Source of the DNA: Candidatus Latescibacterota bacterium
GTDB taxonomy: Bacteria; Latescibacterota; UBA2968
Direction: 5' to 3'
Length of the DNA stretch: 64,000 nt
Assembly (NCBI GenBank): GCA_965116885.1
Contig: OZ220741.1
Span: 1,888,001-1,952,000 of the forward strand
Shown here: piece by piece, positions 47,626 to 56,120 of the stretch
Layout: each line of letters opens with the position of its first letter
How positions within the stretch are numbered: position 1 is the stretch's first letter
The notes under the pieces: model-generated
The model's database searches: none
Seen by the model: only the letters and a program-made list of their open reading frames with translations
What the model was told of the DNA's origin: nothing
Program-made: the position numbers and the translations under genes

Positions 47626-48627
47626 ATGCTACCTTTGAAGATTCTATTTGATATTCTCCACGTTGCACATCTTAATTTTTTCAAGTCAGCCATCGAATCG
47701 TTGAAGGCCAGACACGATGTGTCGGCTGTTGTCAGGCAAAGAGGTAATCTTGTTGCCATAGCGGAGTCAGATCTCCCTTGTTCCTTTCGTGTAATGGGCG
47801 CTCATAGAACTGGTGTTAGAAAGATGGTTGGGGTATGGGAAAGGGTCGTTGATCTCAAGAAGATAGTATGCGAAATGGAGACAGATGTTTTGGCGAGTTG
47901 TGGATTCTATTCGGGCATAGTTTCGCGGTTTTGTCGCGTGCGGTCTGTGATTTTTTATGACGACTTCGAATACAAGCTAAATTTTTGGCCGTGTCTTTTA
48001 TTTGCTCATCAACTTGTCTTACCTGAAGCACTCGGAGCGGCAGGCAGAAACATCATTCAATACAAGGGGTTCAAAGAGTTGGCTTACTTGAACCGATTTG
48101 TCCCGCAACCGAAGATTTTAGGTGGGTATGGCGTTCAGCCAGGAGAGTATGTTTTCGTCAGGTATGTTGCACCTATCAGCATGAACTATCGACGCCTGGG
48201 TCAGAAAGAAGTTACGCAAGCGACCAATGCGATTTTAAATACTGGAATGATCATCATAGCCTCCCTTGAGCGGGGAATAAATCTCGAATTCGAACACCCC
48301 AATTTCCGAAAGGTTGTTGAACCTTGTCCCAGTATCCATTCCCTGATTTACTATTCAGCCCTGGTGGTAACTACTGGAGATACTGTTGCAAGGGAAGGCG
48401 CTCTCTTAGGAGTGCCTACTATCTATCTTGGAAGAAGGGAAATGCGCATAAATCGAGAATTAGTCGAGTGTGGACAATTAATAATCCCTGATCCTGGTGA
48501 GGCGACTAAAGAAATATTGGCAAATCTTAGCAATAGAGTTCCGCGAGTCAAACCTGAGAATAAAAAGTGGGAAGACACAACGGAGGTCATTGTCTCCTGT
48601 ATTGAGCAACAGAAATTCACAAAGTAG
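47626..48627 (+). CDS. DUF354-like GT-B fold protein
   Basis: ILFDILHVAHLNFFK, YKGFKELAYL, GDTVAREGALLGVPTI. Confidence 0.75.
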   Translation: MLPLKILFDILHVAHLNFFKSAIESLKARHDVSAVVRQRGNLVAIAESDLPCSFRVMGAHRTGVRKMVGVWERVVDLKKIVCEMETDVLASCGFYSGIVSRFCRVRSVIFYDDFEYKLNFWPCLLFAHQLVLPEALGAAGRNIIQYKGFKELAYLNRFVPQPKILGGYGVQPGEYVFVRYVAPISMNYRRLGQKEVTQATNAILNTGMIIIASLERGINLEFEHPNFRKVVEPCPSIHSLIYYSALVVTTGDTVAREGALLGVPTIYLGRREMRINRELVECGQLIIPDPGEATKEILANLSNRVPRVKPENKKWEDTTEVIVSCIEQQKFTK

Positions 48628-48768
48628 TTTTGTCCGATATCAGATGATATTGGATTGTCCGGCAAATGGTAATTCAATCTGGTAAATATAGATTTGATGC
48701 GATGAAAATATTGGGATAATCAATCGGGATTAGGATTGATGTAGGTATATGGAAGGTAAGGGTGCAGG

Positions 48769-50139
48769 ATGAAAATTTGTGTGGTTGGTTTGGGCCATGT
48801 TGGCACTGTGAATATTGCCTACTTGCTTGAACGAGGTCATATCGTCACAGGCATGGATGTCTCCCAGGAGAGAATCCGCCATCTTTTTGCCGGTGAGCCT
48901 GAACCAGAACCCCGCGTAAGCGACCTGCTAAGTTCAGCACTTAGAAGTGGGAGGCTCCAGCTTTCGACTGACTACTTCAAAGCCGTTGAGGAGGCGAGTG
49001 TAGCGATCATCTGTGTAGGTACTCCGCGAGGTGAGAAAGACGGAATACCAAATCTGAGTTTTCTTTATCAGGCTGTAACGTCACTGGTTGAGATAGTCAA
49101 CAAGAAAAGAGGTACGTTTGACGTCGTTCTGCGCAGCACTGTTCCGCCCGGGACGACGCGTGATATCGTCTCTGGAGCCTTCGGGAATTTTGGCAATGTC
49201 TGGTATTACCCGGAGTTCTTGAGAGAAGGAAGCGCAATGGAGGACATGAATGATCCCCCGATTCGGATCGTTGGTGCTCCAAAGACTGGTTATTGTCAGC
49301 GCGTGTTAGATATTTACGGTGAGGCTGGGCCGGTGTACATTACCGAATACGAAATAGCTGAAATGGTAAAGTATGTATGCAATGCTTTTCATGCTATGAA
49401 GGTTACTTTCACGAATGAGATATCGAATATTTGTAGATATCTCGGGATAGACAGCAATAGAGTAATGGAAGTCGTGTGCTCAGACAACAAGCTCAATATG
49501 TCAAAAGCCTATATGAGGCCGGGATTCGCATTCGGAGGATCCTGTCTTCCAAAGGATCTTACAGCACTCCTGCGGCTATCGAACGGACGACAAGGACCTG
49601 AATTGCCTCTGCTGACCAATATCATCGTCAGTAATGATCTTCACATCAAGTCCACGGTCAGGAGGGTAAGGTCACTTGCCGTTCGAGGAACATTGGGTAT
49701 GTTGGGTTTGAGTTTTAAGCCCAATACAGGCGACTTGAGGGATAGTCCGTTCGTAAAACTCGGAAATATGCTCATCTCAGAAGGGTATCATGTGATCGCA
49801 TACGACCCGTCAGTGGAGTTGGGTTTCCTGGACGTAGAGCAGACTTATATTCAAAGCGATGCCAGAGAGATGTGGCAGGGACAATTGACCAGATCCCTCA
49901 ATTCGCTGTGTGAGTGTTCCCTGCTGTTGATCGCACATCCCATTTCCTCATTTCCTACACCGATTTTACCCATCTTGAAGGGCAAGCACGTTCTTGATTT
50001 GTGCAACGATCCTTTGCGAGAGCAAATCGCTGCTATTGCTGACTATGAAGGTGTGGGCTGGGAATGCCGTTCAGGATGTGTTCGGAATGTCAGCTTAGCA
50101 AAGGCTGAAGAAGCGTTAAAGAACACATCATATTCATAA
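48769..50139 (+). CDS. GDP-mannose/UDP-glucose 6-dehydrogenase family protein with foreign C-terminal tail
   Basis: GLGHVG, CVGTP, RSTVPPG, PEFLREGSA, FGGSCLPKD, EGVGW followed by an AraC-derived tail. Confidence 0.9.
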   Translation: MKICVVGLGHVGTVNIAYLLERGHIVTGMDVSQERIRHLFAGEPEPEPRVSDLLSSALRSGRLQLSTDYFKAVEEASVAIICVGTPRGEKDGIPNLSFLYQAVTSLVEIVNKKRGTFDVVLRSTVPPGTTRDIVSGAFGNFGNVWYYPEFLREGSAMEDMNDPPIRIVGAPKTGYCQRVLDIYGEAGPVYITEYEIAEMVKYVCNAFHAMKVTFTNEISNICRYLGIDSNRVMEVVCSDNKLNMSKAYMRPGFAFGGSCLPKDLTALLRLSNGRQGPELPLLTNIIVSNDLHIKSTVRRVRSLAVRGTLGMLGLSFKPNTGDLRDSPFVKLGNMLISEGYHVIAYDPSVELGFLDVEQTYIQSDAREMWQGQLTRSLNSLCECSLLLIAHPISSFPTPILPILKGKHVLDLCNDPLREQIAAIADYEGVGWECRSGCVRNVSLAKAEEALKNTSYS

Positions 50140-50143
50140 AAAA

Positions 50144-50219
50144 GCCGCCGACAGACCCTGGCAAGTCGAATGTCGGCGGCAGACTGCAGTTCAAAGCTCA
50201 AGCATTTGGGAATGTGAGC
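50144..50219 (+). repeat. Two-hairpin leader motif, copy B
   Basis: GCCGCCGACA..TGTCGGCGGC, GCAGTTCAAA linker, GCTC..GCATT-TGGG-AATGT-GAGC. Confidence 0.9.
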
Positions 50220-50248
50220 TTGATGATTTAAGATACCTCAGGTGCCCC

Positions 50249-51070
50249 ATGTACCAATCTCTAAAATCTCTCAACTATCTTCGAAAGAAGGTAGCGGTTA
50301 CAACATATAGACAATGGAGTAATCGGTGGCGATGTCTTCCAGACTATTTACTCATTGGCGCTCAAAAATCTGGAACTACGTCGCTGTACAAATATCTGGT
50401 TTCACACCCCGAAGTCCATCGGTGCTTGAAAAAGGAGGTTGGTTACTTTGACCAGCATATCAATAGGGGATTGGCGTGGTATCTTGCTCATTTCCCGATC
50501 AAGGGTTCTGCGGGATTTCAGCAAGTAACTGGCGAGGCAACGGCTGAATATTATTATTTGCCACAAGTGCCCCAAAGAGTACTCTCGGTTGTACCTCAGG
50601 CTAAGTTAATCATACTGTTAAGAAACCCCTTAGAAAGAGCACACTCTCATTATTGGCATCTTTTTAATACAGGCCGCGAGCGAAGACCTTTCGCGAAAGC
50701 AGTTGAAGACGAATTACGTCTTTTGAGCACCGATAGTCATCTCATGAAAATAGGATTCAGTGGCAGTCCTGGCTATGTTGCTCGGGGAATGTACTCCAGG
50801 CATTTGAAAAGGTGGTTAAGTTTGTTTCCGGAGCGTAATTTAAGAGTACTTATTTCAGAAGATTTTTTTTCCAAACCGGCTGTTGGTTACAACGAGATAA
50901 CAGATTTTCTGCAGGTGCGCAGACACCTGCCTGAGGCGTTCAAGGTTTACAACTCTGCAGCCTATAAGACACCCATGCCCAATCGCACAAGAGAGATGCT
51001 GATTGAGTTCTATCATGGCGTTAATATGGAACTGTCTAATTTGCTCGGACGCCGTGTCCCATGGCCATAG
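50249..51070 (+). CDS. Sulfotransferase (heparan-sulfate O-sulfotransferase-like)
   Basis: LPDYLLIGAQKSGTTSL, KEVGYFD, GEATAEY, LRNPLERAHSHY. Confidence 0.92.
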   Translation: MYQSLKSLNYLRKKVAVTTYRQWSNRWRCLPDYLLIGAQKSGTTSLYKYLVSHPEVHRCLKKEVGYFDQHINRGLAWYLAHFPIKGSAGFQQVTGEATAEYYYLPQVPQRVLSVVPQAKLIILLRNPLERAHSHYWHLFNTGRERRPFAKAVEDELRLLSTDSHLMKIGFSGSPGYVARGMYSRHLKRWLSLFPERNLRVLISEDFFSKPAVGYNEITDFLQVRRHLPEAFKVYNSAAYKTPMPNRTREMLIEFYHGVNMELSNLLGRRVPWP

Positions 51071-51164
51071 TGAGTATGTCTTAAAAGGCTCGCGGCTTGT
51101 GTTCACGATTACACATTTGGTGGATAACGAGAAATTGAAGAGGTAAGCGTGCTATCATGAAAAA

Positions 51165-51240
51165 GCCGCCGACAGACCCTGGCAAGTCGAGTGTCGGCGG
51201 CAGACTGCAGTTCAAAGCTCAAGCATTTGGGAATGCGAGC
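51165..51240 (+). repeat. Two-hairpin leader motif, copy C
   Basis: Differs from copy B at only two positions. Confidence 0.9.
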
Positions 51241-51304
51241 TTAATGGTAAGATAGCTTTTGGTGGGTAGGTTGTCAACTATCGTGTAACTGGATATAAAA
51301 ATTT

Positions 51305-51598
51305 ATGAAGAAAAACACAGTAACAATATCTGAGATTGAGAATCAGATTCAAGGTTTGGTTCTGAAGGCATTAGACTGTGAAGCCTTATCTGATGATATA
51401 GATTGGGACAATCTTCCTCTGGCTTCTATACTCGATTCTATTTCCACTCTGGCCCTGGTGACAGGCTTAGAGGATGCATTTGATGTAATCGTAGAAGACG
51501 AAGAACTCACAGAAGAGATGCTGACTTCGACACGTTCGGTAGCACAGTATATATATGAGAAATTAACCACTGATACACATTCACTTGTTCCCGAATAG
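51305..51598 (+). CDS. Acyl carrier protein-like
   Basis: Acidic 97 aa; LDSISTLALVTGLEDAFDV contains the phosphopantetheine-site Ser. Confidence 0.85.
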   Translation: MKKNTVTISEIENQIQGLVLKALDCEALSDDIDWDNLPLASILDSISTLALVTGLEDAFDVIVEDEELTEEMLTSTRSVAQYIYEKLTTDTHSLVPE

Positions 51599-51636
51599 AT
51601 CAATACCATGAACTAAACACTGCGAGAGGTTTTTTG

Positions 51637-53541
51637 ATGGAGTATTTTTTTTCTGGGTTGACAGGTACAGGAACACGCGTAGGCGTCATTGATAGCGGTT
51701 TTAATGCAGGAAAAAAAAACGTGCATGTGTTGAATGGCACCAGTTTCTGTAATGGCGATTCCCAACCAGATTCAAAGTATAAAGATATGATAGGCCACGG
51801 CACAGCAGGTATTGGCGTCATCCACTCTAAAGCTCCCAATGCTGAATTTTTGCCTGTCAAAATTTTTGAGTCAGAGCTGATAGCGACAATGGATATTTTG
51901 TGCAAGGCGATTTACTGGTGTGTTGAACATCACTGTCACATTATCAATTTGAGTTTAGGCACTCTGGATGAGAGTAATAGCGATATTTTGAAGAATGCCT
52001 GTGATTTTGCACACAAACACCAGACGTTCATTGTTGCTGCGACATCAAATGATGGACAACCGAGTATTCCCGCGTCTTTTCCCAATGTCTTTGGCGTAGC
52101 AGGGGGAAAAGTTAATGGAAAATTTGATTACTTTTATGATCCGCACGAAAAAATACAATTTGTCGCGCGGGGTGATCGTCAACGCTTGGATTGGCTGGGA
52201 GGCAAACAGATATTTATGGGCGGGTCGAGCTTCGCGGCTCCGCATATTTCTGGCTTGATTGCTCTGATCATAGAGAAATATAATGGCATAACTTTCAACG
52301 ATCTGATAGAAATTTTGCAGAAACATTCCTTAACTCAATGTCCCAAGCTGGTAGATAGTAGCACTTATGCGATGAGCGAGATGCCCAGGTCCCGCTCAGA
52401 CGTTTCTATCCGCGATCTCAATAAGGCAAACACGCCAGGCTGGATAGAAGAGGCTGTTATTTTTCCATATAACAAAGAAATGCATGGATTGGTGCGGTTT
52501 CGGGAGTTATTGCCATTTAGACTTACAAGGGTAGTTGACGTTATTGGTAAAAGAACCATAGGCAAAGATTGTGGAAAGGTTATTGGTGGGTCCGAATCTA
52601 ATTTGATCATACAACAAAATTTGGAAGACTGCCTGCAATACGGCGATACGCTCGTTTTGGGTTATTTGGATGAAATTAGCCGGATTAAGAAACGCGATGT
52701 GTTACAAGAATCTCTGGAATTGGCATTGAAGCATAACAAGAATGTTTATAGTCTGAGTCCCATTGCAAATAAGCAATACGAAAGCATAAGCAAAGCATTT
52801 GAAGAAAAACATCTGTATTATGCAGCACCAACCATAGATTTTGCAACTTATGAGGTTTTGACCAAAACTTATGATTGGAGAAGCAGAAGCCAGAAACCTG
52901 TCGTGGGCATATTTGGGACAGGACCGCAGCAAGGCAAGTTCACTGCACAATTGGCACTGAGAAAACAATTACAAAAAATTGGCTATAAAGTTGGTCAATT
53001 GGGTACAGAACATCAATCTGCGTTATTTGATTTCGATTTTACATTTCCAAATGGATATGATGGGCATCAGAGCATCCAAATTCCCATGGATTTGCACATT
53101 CCACTTCTAAATTCCGCTATGGTCGGTATCGAACAATTAGACCCGGATATCATCGTTGTTGGCGGTCAGTCCGGTATTATACCTCATAACTTTTACGAAA
53201 AATCTCAGAGTTATACTTTGCCCTCATTGATCTTGCTTTTTGGAACCGTTCCCGATGCTTATGTCCTGCTCGTTAATTCTATCGACGAGCCTGAATTTAT
53301 ACAAGAAAATATCCGAGTATTAGAGAGCCTGGGAAAAGGAAAAGTGATTCTGCTTGTTTTTAGTGATAAGAAAAAAATTGTTAATAACACTGTTAATACA
53401 GTCGTCAACCAGCCGCTTTGTAGAGAGGAAATTTGTCAAACGATATTGACTTTGGAATCAACGCATTGCATTCCTGCGACTGAGATAATTAGCGCAGAAG
53501 GACAAAAAAAGATGGCCGATGTTGTTGTTGATTTTTTCTGA
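51637..53541 (+). CDS. S8 subtilase fused to a DUF1611/TIGR04066-like P-loop domain
   Basis: Triad VIDSG / GHGT / GSSFAAP; then FPYNKEMHGLVR, GIFGTGPQQGKFT, GQLGTE, IIVVGGQSG; no signal peptide. Confidence 0.85.
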   Translation: MEYFFSGLTGTGTRVGVIDSGFNAGKKNVHVLNGTSFCNGDSQPDSKYKDMIGHGTAGIGVIHSKAPNAEFLPVKIFESELIATMDILCKAIYWCVEHHCHIINLSLGTLDESNSDILKNACDFAHKHQTFIVAATSNDGQPSIPASFPNVFGVAGGKVNGKFDYFYDPHEKIQFVARGDRQRLDWLGGKQIFMGGSSFAAPHISGLIALIIEKYNGITFNDLIEILQKHSLTQCPKLVDSSTYAMSEMPRSRSDVSIRDLNKANTPGWIEEAVIFPYNKEMHGLVRFRELLPFRLTRVVDVIGKRTIGKDCGKVIGGSESNLIIQQNLEDCLQYGDTLVLGYLDEISRIKKRDVLQESLELALKHNKNVYSLSPIANKQYESISKAFEEKHLYYAAPTIDFATYEVLTKTYDWRSRSQKPVVGIFGTGPQQGKFTAQLALRKQLQKIGYKVGQLGTEHQSALFDFDFTFPNGYDGHQSIQIPMDLHIPLLNSAMVGIEQLDPDIIVVGGQSGIIPHNFYEKSQSYTLPSLILLFGTVPDAYVLLVNSIDEPEFIQENIRVLESLGKGKVILLVFSDKKKIVNNTVNTVVNQPLCREEICQTILTLESTHCIPATEIISAEGQKKMADVVVDFF

Positions 53542-53572
53542 GATCAAGACCTCAAGGATAGGGAGAAAGTAA

Positions 53573-54295
53573 ATGCAAGAAATTCGGAAAATGTCGCTGA
53601 TTTTGAATATCCTGTTATCTGTTTTTCTTATGGTTGCGTTATTTGGGATATGGAAGTTGAAAAATACGAACGCTCGTCGTTGGGAGGAAATCAGAGAGCT
53701 TCGAAAAGAGAATGCAGATTATAAGGAGCACATAAATACTTCTACTTATGCATCCAATTTTCAAGGACAGGAATTTCCGAAGTTGCAATTGAAAAACATA
53801 AATGGCGATTGGATTTCAACAGACTTTTCTAAAACAGGAAAAGGATTGGTTCTGGTCTTCAAGCCGCGAGACTGTCAGCCTTGTCTAATCACCCAGATAA
53901 AGTTATTGGAGCATGTGTACCAAAATCAAGATCCCTCAAAACGCTTTCCAATTTATGCTTTTGCCAATGCTACTCCAGAAGTATTGAAAAAATTTAAAAA
54001 GAGTTTTGATCTCCATTACGAGTTGCTTCCGGATACTGAGAACAAGTTATTCGAAAATCAATTACTTACCCGTCGTACCCCTGCTATCTTTGTTGTGAAC
54101 AAACAAAATATTATAACGCATTGTCATTTGCCCTCAAAGGACCGCCCTCAAAATACAGTCCTCTTTTTTGGTGTGATTCAAAGACATTTGCCTTTGCAAA
54201 AACCACTTCTGAACGATCATCTTGAAGGAGTAACCTATTCTCAAATTATTGCCAAAGATTTTGATATTGATCCTTTATCTACATTGATGTATTGA
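53573..54295 (+). CDS. Membrane-anchored thioredoxin-fold (redoxin) protein
   Basis: N-terminal TM helix, FPKLQLKNING, CQPC, TPAIFVVNK. Confidence 0.8.
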   Translation: MQEIRKMSLILNILLSVFLMVALFGIWKLKNTNARRWEEIRELRKENADYKEHINTSTYASNFQGQEFPKLQLKNINGDWISTDFSKTGKGLVLVFKPRDCQPCLITQIKLLEHVYQNQDPSKRFPIYAFANATPEVLKKFKKSFDLHYELLPDTENKLFENQLLTRRTPAIFVVNKQNIITHCHLPSKDRPQNTVLFFGVIQRHLPLQKPLLNDHLEGVTYSQIIAKDFDIDPLSTLMY

Positions 54296-54340
54296 TATTT
54301 ACGAACAAGATGTGGCAGGGCAAAAAGATTGATATAAATA

Positions 54341-54422
54341 GCCGCTGACAGGCCCTGGTGAGTCGAGTGTCGGTGGTAGGGCGCAACAGCAGTTCAAAGT
54401 CCAAGCATTTGAGAATATGAGC
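54341..54422 (+). repeat. Two-hairpin leader motif, copy D
   Basis: GCCGCTGACA..TGTCGGTGGT, GCAGTTCAAAG, AAGCATTTGAGAAT. Confidence 0.85.
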
Positions 54423-54522
54423 ATGAGAGCCTGATTTTACTTGAAGCCCATCAAGTAAAGAGTCGCTTATACGCACGCAGGTCCATGCAGAATATGACTC
54501 AAAAAGTAAAGGAGGTGATACT

Positions 54523-54738
54523 ATGAAAGCATTGACCAAGCCGAAGAAGTTTCAGGCTATGTCTCGTATCTATGGATACGAGTTAGAATGGGATGTGGAC
54601 CCCCCGGCTGTCTGTGTCACAACAGGAAGTATCAATGTTAACGACGAGGATCCAGATAATCCTAAAGAGGAGATATACGTGTGCGAGGGTACGTGTGAAC
54701 CGTATTACGATTGCGACGTCGACAGCGACTGTGAATGA
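54523..54738 (+). CDS. Putative precursor peptide 1 (Cys/Asp/Glu-rich core)
   Basis: AAGGAGGTG RBS; leader MKALTKPKKFQAMSRIYGYEL shared with 59084-59284; 5 Cys. Confidence 0.85.
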   Translation: MKALTKPKKFQAMSRIYGYELEWDVDPPAVCVTTGSINVNDEDPDNPKEEIYVCEGTCEPYYDCDVDSDCE

Positions 54739-54843
54739 CCTCAATTATCAATGCCGGCTCATTTTGGTGTGAAGAGGTATTCGATTGCAACGAATGCTGA
54801 TCCGTGGCTGTCGTTTAAAAAGCGAGCTTGATGGGCTTCAAGT

Positions 54844-54887
54844 TTGGATCGGTGTTCTCGGTAAACAGGCTTGGAACACCGATCCAA
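54844..54887 (+). other. Strong 3' hairpin after precursor 1
   Basis: TTGGATCGGTGTTC/GAACACCGATCCAA 14-bp stem; repeated after precursor 2. Confidence 0.8.
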
Positions 54888-54912
54888 CGATAAATAATAA
54901 GGATTATCATTA

Positions 54913-56019
54913 ATGAAGAAAAAAAAATTATTGGTTTCAGTGGAGTGGCTAACACTCCTCTTTCTCATCCTTGGAGGTTGCGAAAAGAGTGCGGTTGAAA
55001 ACCAGAAAGCGGTTGAAAATCAGAAAGATGCAATCGTTCTCGATACGCAAACACAAGGAACCCATCTCTCATTGGTTGGTGATATCACGCTGGAGCTCCC
55101 AGAGGCTGGCCCCGCACTCGGTAGGGTAGGTTCTGTGACGATTGCGGAGGACTATATCATAATTTTAGATAACCTGAGAAAAAGTGTTGAAGTTTTTGAC
55201 AGAGAGGGAAACTACAAGTGGCCTATTGGCAGTCGGGGGGACGGAGTAGGCCAGTACAAGATACCGAGCGGGTCTGCTATTATACCCAATACCGACCAAA
55301 TACTGATCTACGATGGAGGTCCCATAAAAATTCTTCGTTTCTCACTCAAAGGTGAATTTATAGGGCGGGTAAGGCTATCTGAGAGACGCGCCATTAATCG
55401 TATGGTGGTTTCTGAAGGTCACAATTTCATTCATACTTATGTTGATAGAAACAGAAACGGTATGCTTTGTGTAACTTCTCTGGACACAGGTGAAGACCTC
55501 GCTAAGTTCAAAGTCTGCGAGCCTGAATATAGACGCCTATTTTTTGCTTTTAAGCGTTTTCAAGGGCTTGCTTATGACGAAGCGCGAAAAATCATATACT
55601 TTGTCCTACCGTGGGGTGGTGAGGTTGTGCGGATTGATTTGGCAACGCAGGAGTTTCTCCCTTCTCTAACTATAAATCATCCCAAATTTATCAGTCTTAA
55701 ATTAGAAGAGGACAAAACTGCAAAAAAATTATTAAAAACTAAGTTTAGTAGATTGTACGGCATGTCTCTTCTGTCTTCGGGAGATGTTTTACTCAGGTAC
55801 CTGTTCAGGGATTCATCAAACAGTACTGCGTTTATACTTTTTTCTGACCTGAGCGTGGAGCCTTATGCCCAAGAGATGAAAAATGAACTGAGATACAATA
55901 GTTTCACTTCTCAGGGGATGTCTATATATGAGTATTTATCGCCTGCCGATGACGAGGATACGAATGGTAAGATTCGTATCTATCGTCTTATCGATACTCC
56001 TGAATCCCCTACCGGCTAA
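54913..56019 (+). CDS. Six-bladed beta-propeller lipoprotein
   Basis: Lipobox LGGC; VFDREGNY..IGSRGDGVGQY NHL-like blade. Confidence 0.8.
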   Translation: MKKKKLLVSVEWLTLLFLILGGCEKSAVENQKAVENQKDAIVLDTQTQGTHLSLVGDITLELPEAGPALGRVGSVTIAEDYIIILDNLRKSVEVFDREGNYKWPIGSRGDGVGQYKIPSGSAIIPNTDQILIYDGGPIKILRFSLKGEFIGRVRLSERRAINRMVVSEGHNFIHTYVDRNRNGMLCVTSLDTGEDLAKFKVCEPEYRRLFFAFKRFQGLAYDEARKIIYFVLPWGGEVVRIDLATQEFLPSLTINHPKFISLKLEEDKTAKKLLKTKFSRLYGMSLLSSGDVLLRYLFRDSSNSTAFILFSDLSVEPYAQEMKNELRYNSFTSQGMSIYEYLSPADDEDTNGKIRIYRLIDTPESPTG

Positions 56020-56120
56020 TAGCGAAAGTCAACTCGTTGAGCATCTCTATCATCACTATTTTCAATGATTAATCCGACGACATTTTTCACGGGTATTCTT
56101 CGTTTATATCACGGGTGAAT

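Noticed and set aside
54736..54830. Selenocysteine read-through of the precursor-1 TGA
   Set aside because: The in-frame continuation (PQLSMPAHFG..) shows no similarity to precursor 2; the similarity lies in other frames and no SECIS-like hairpin directly follows.
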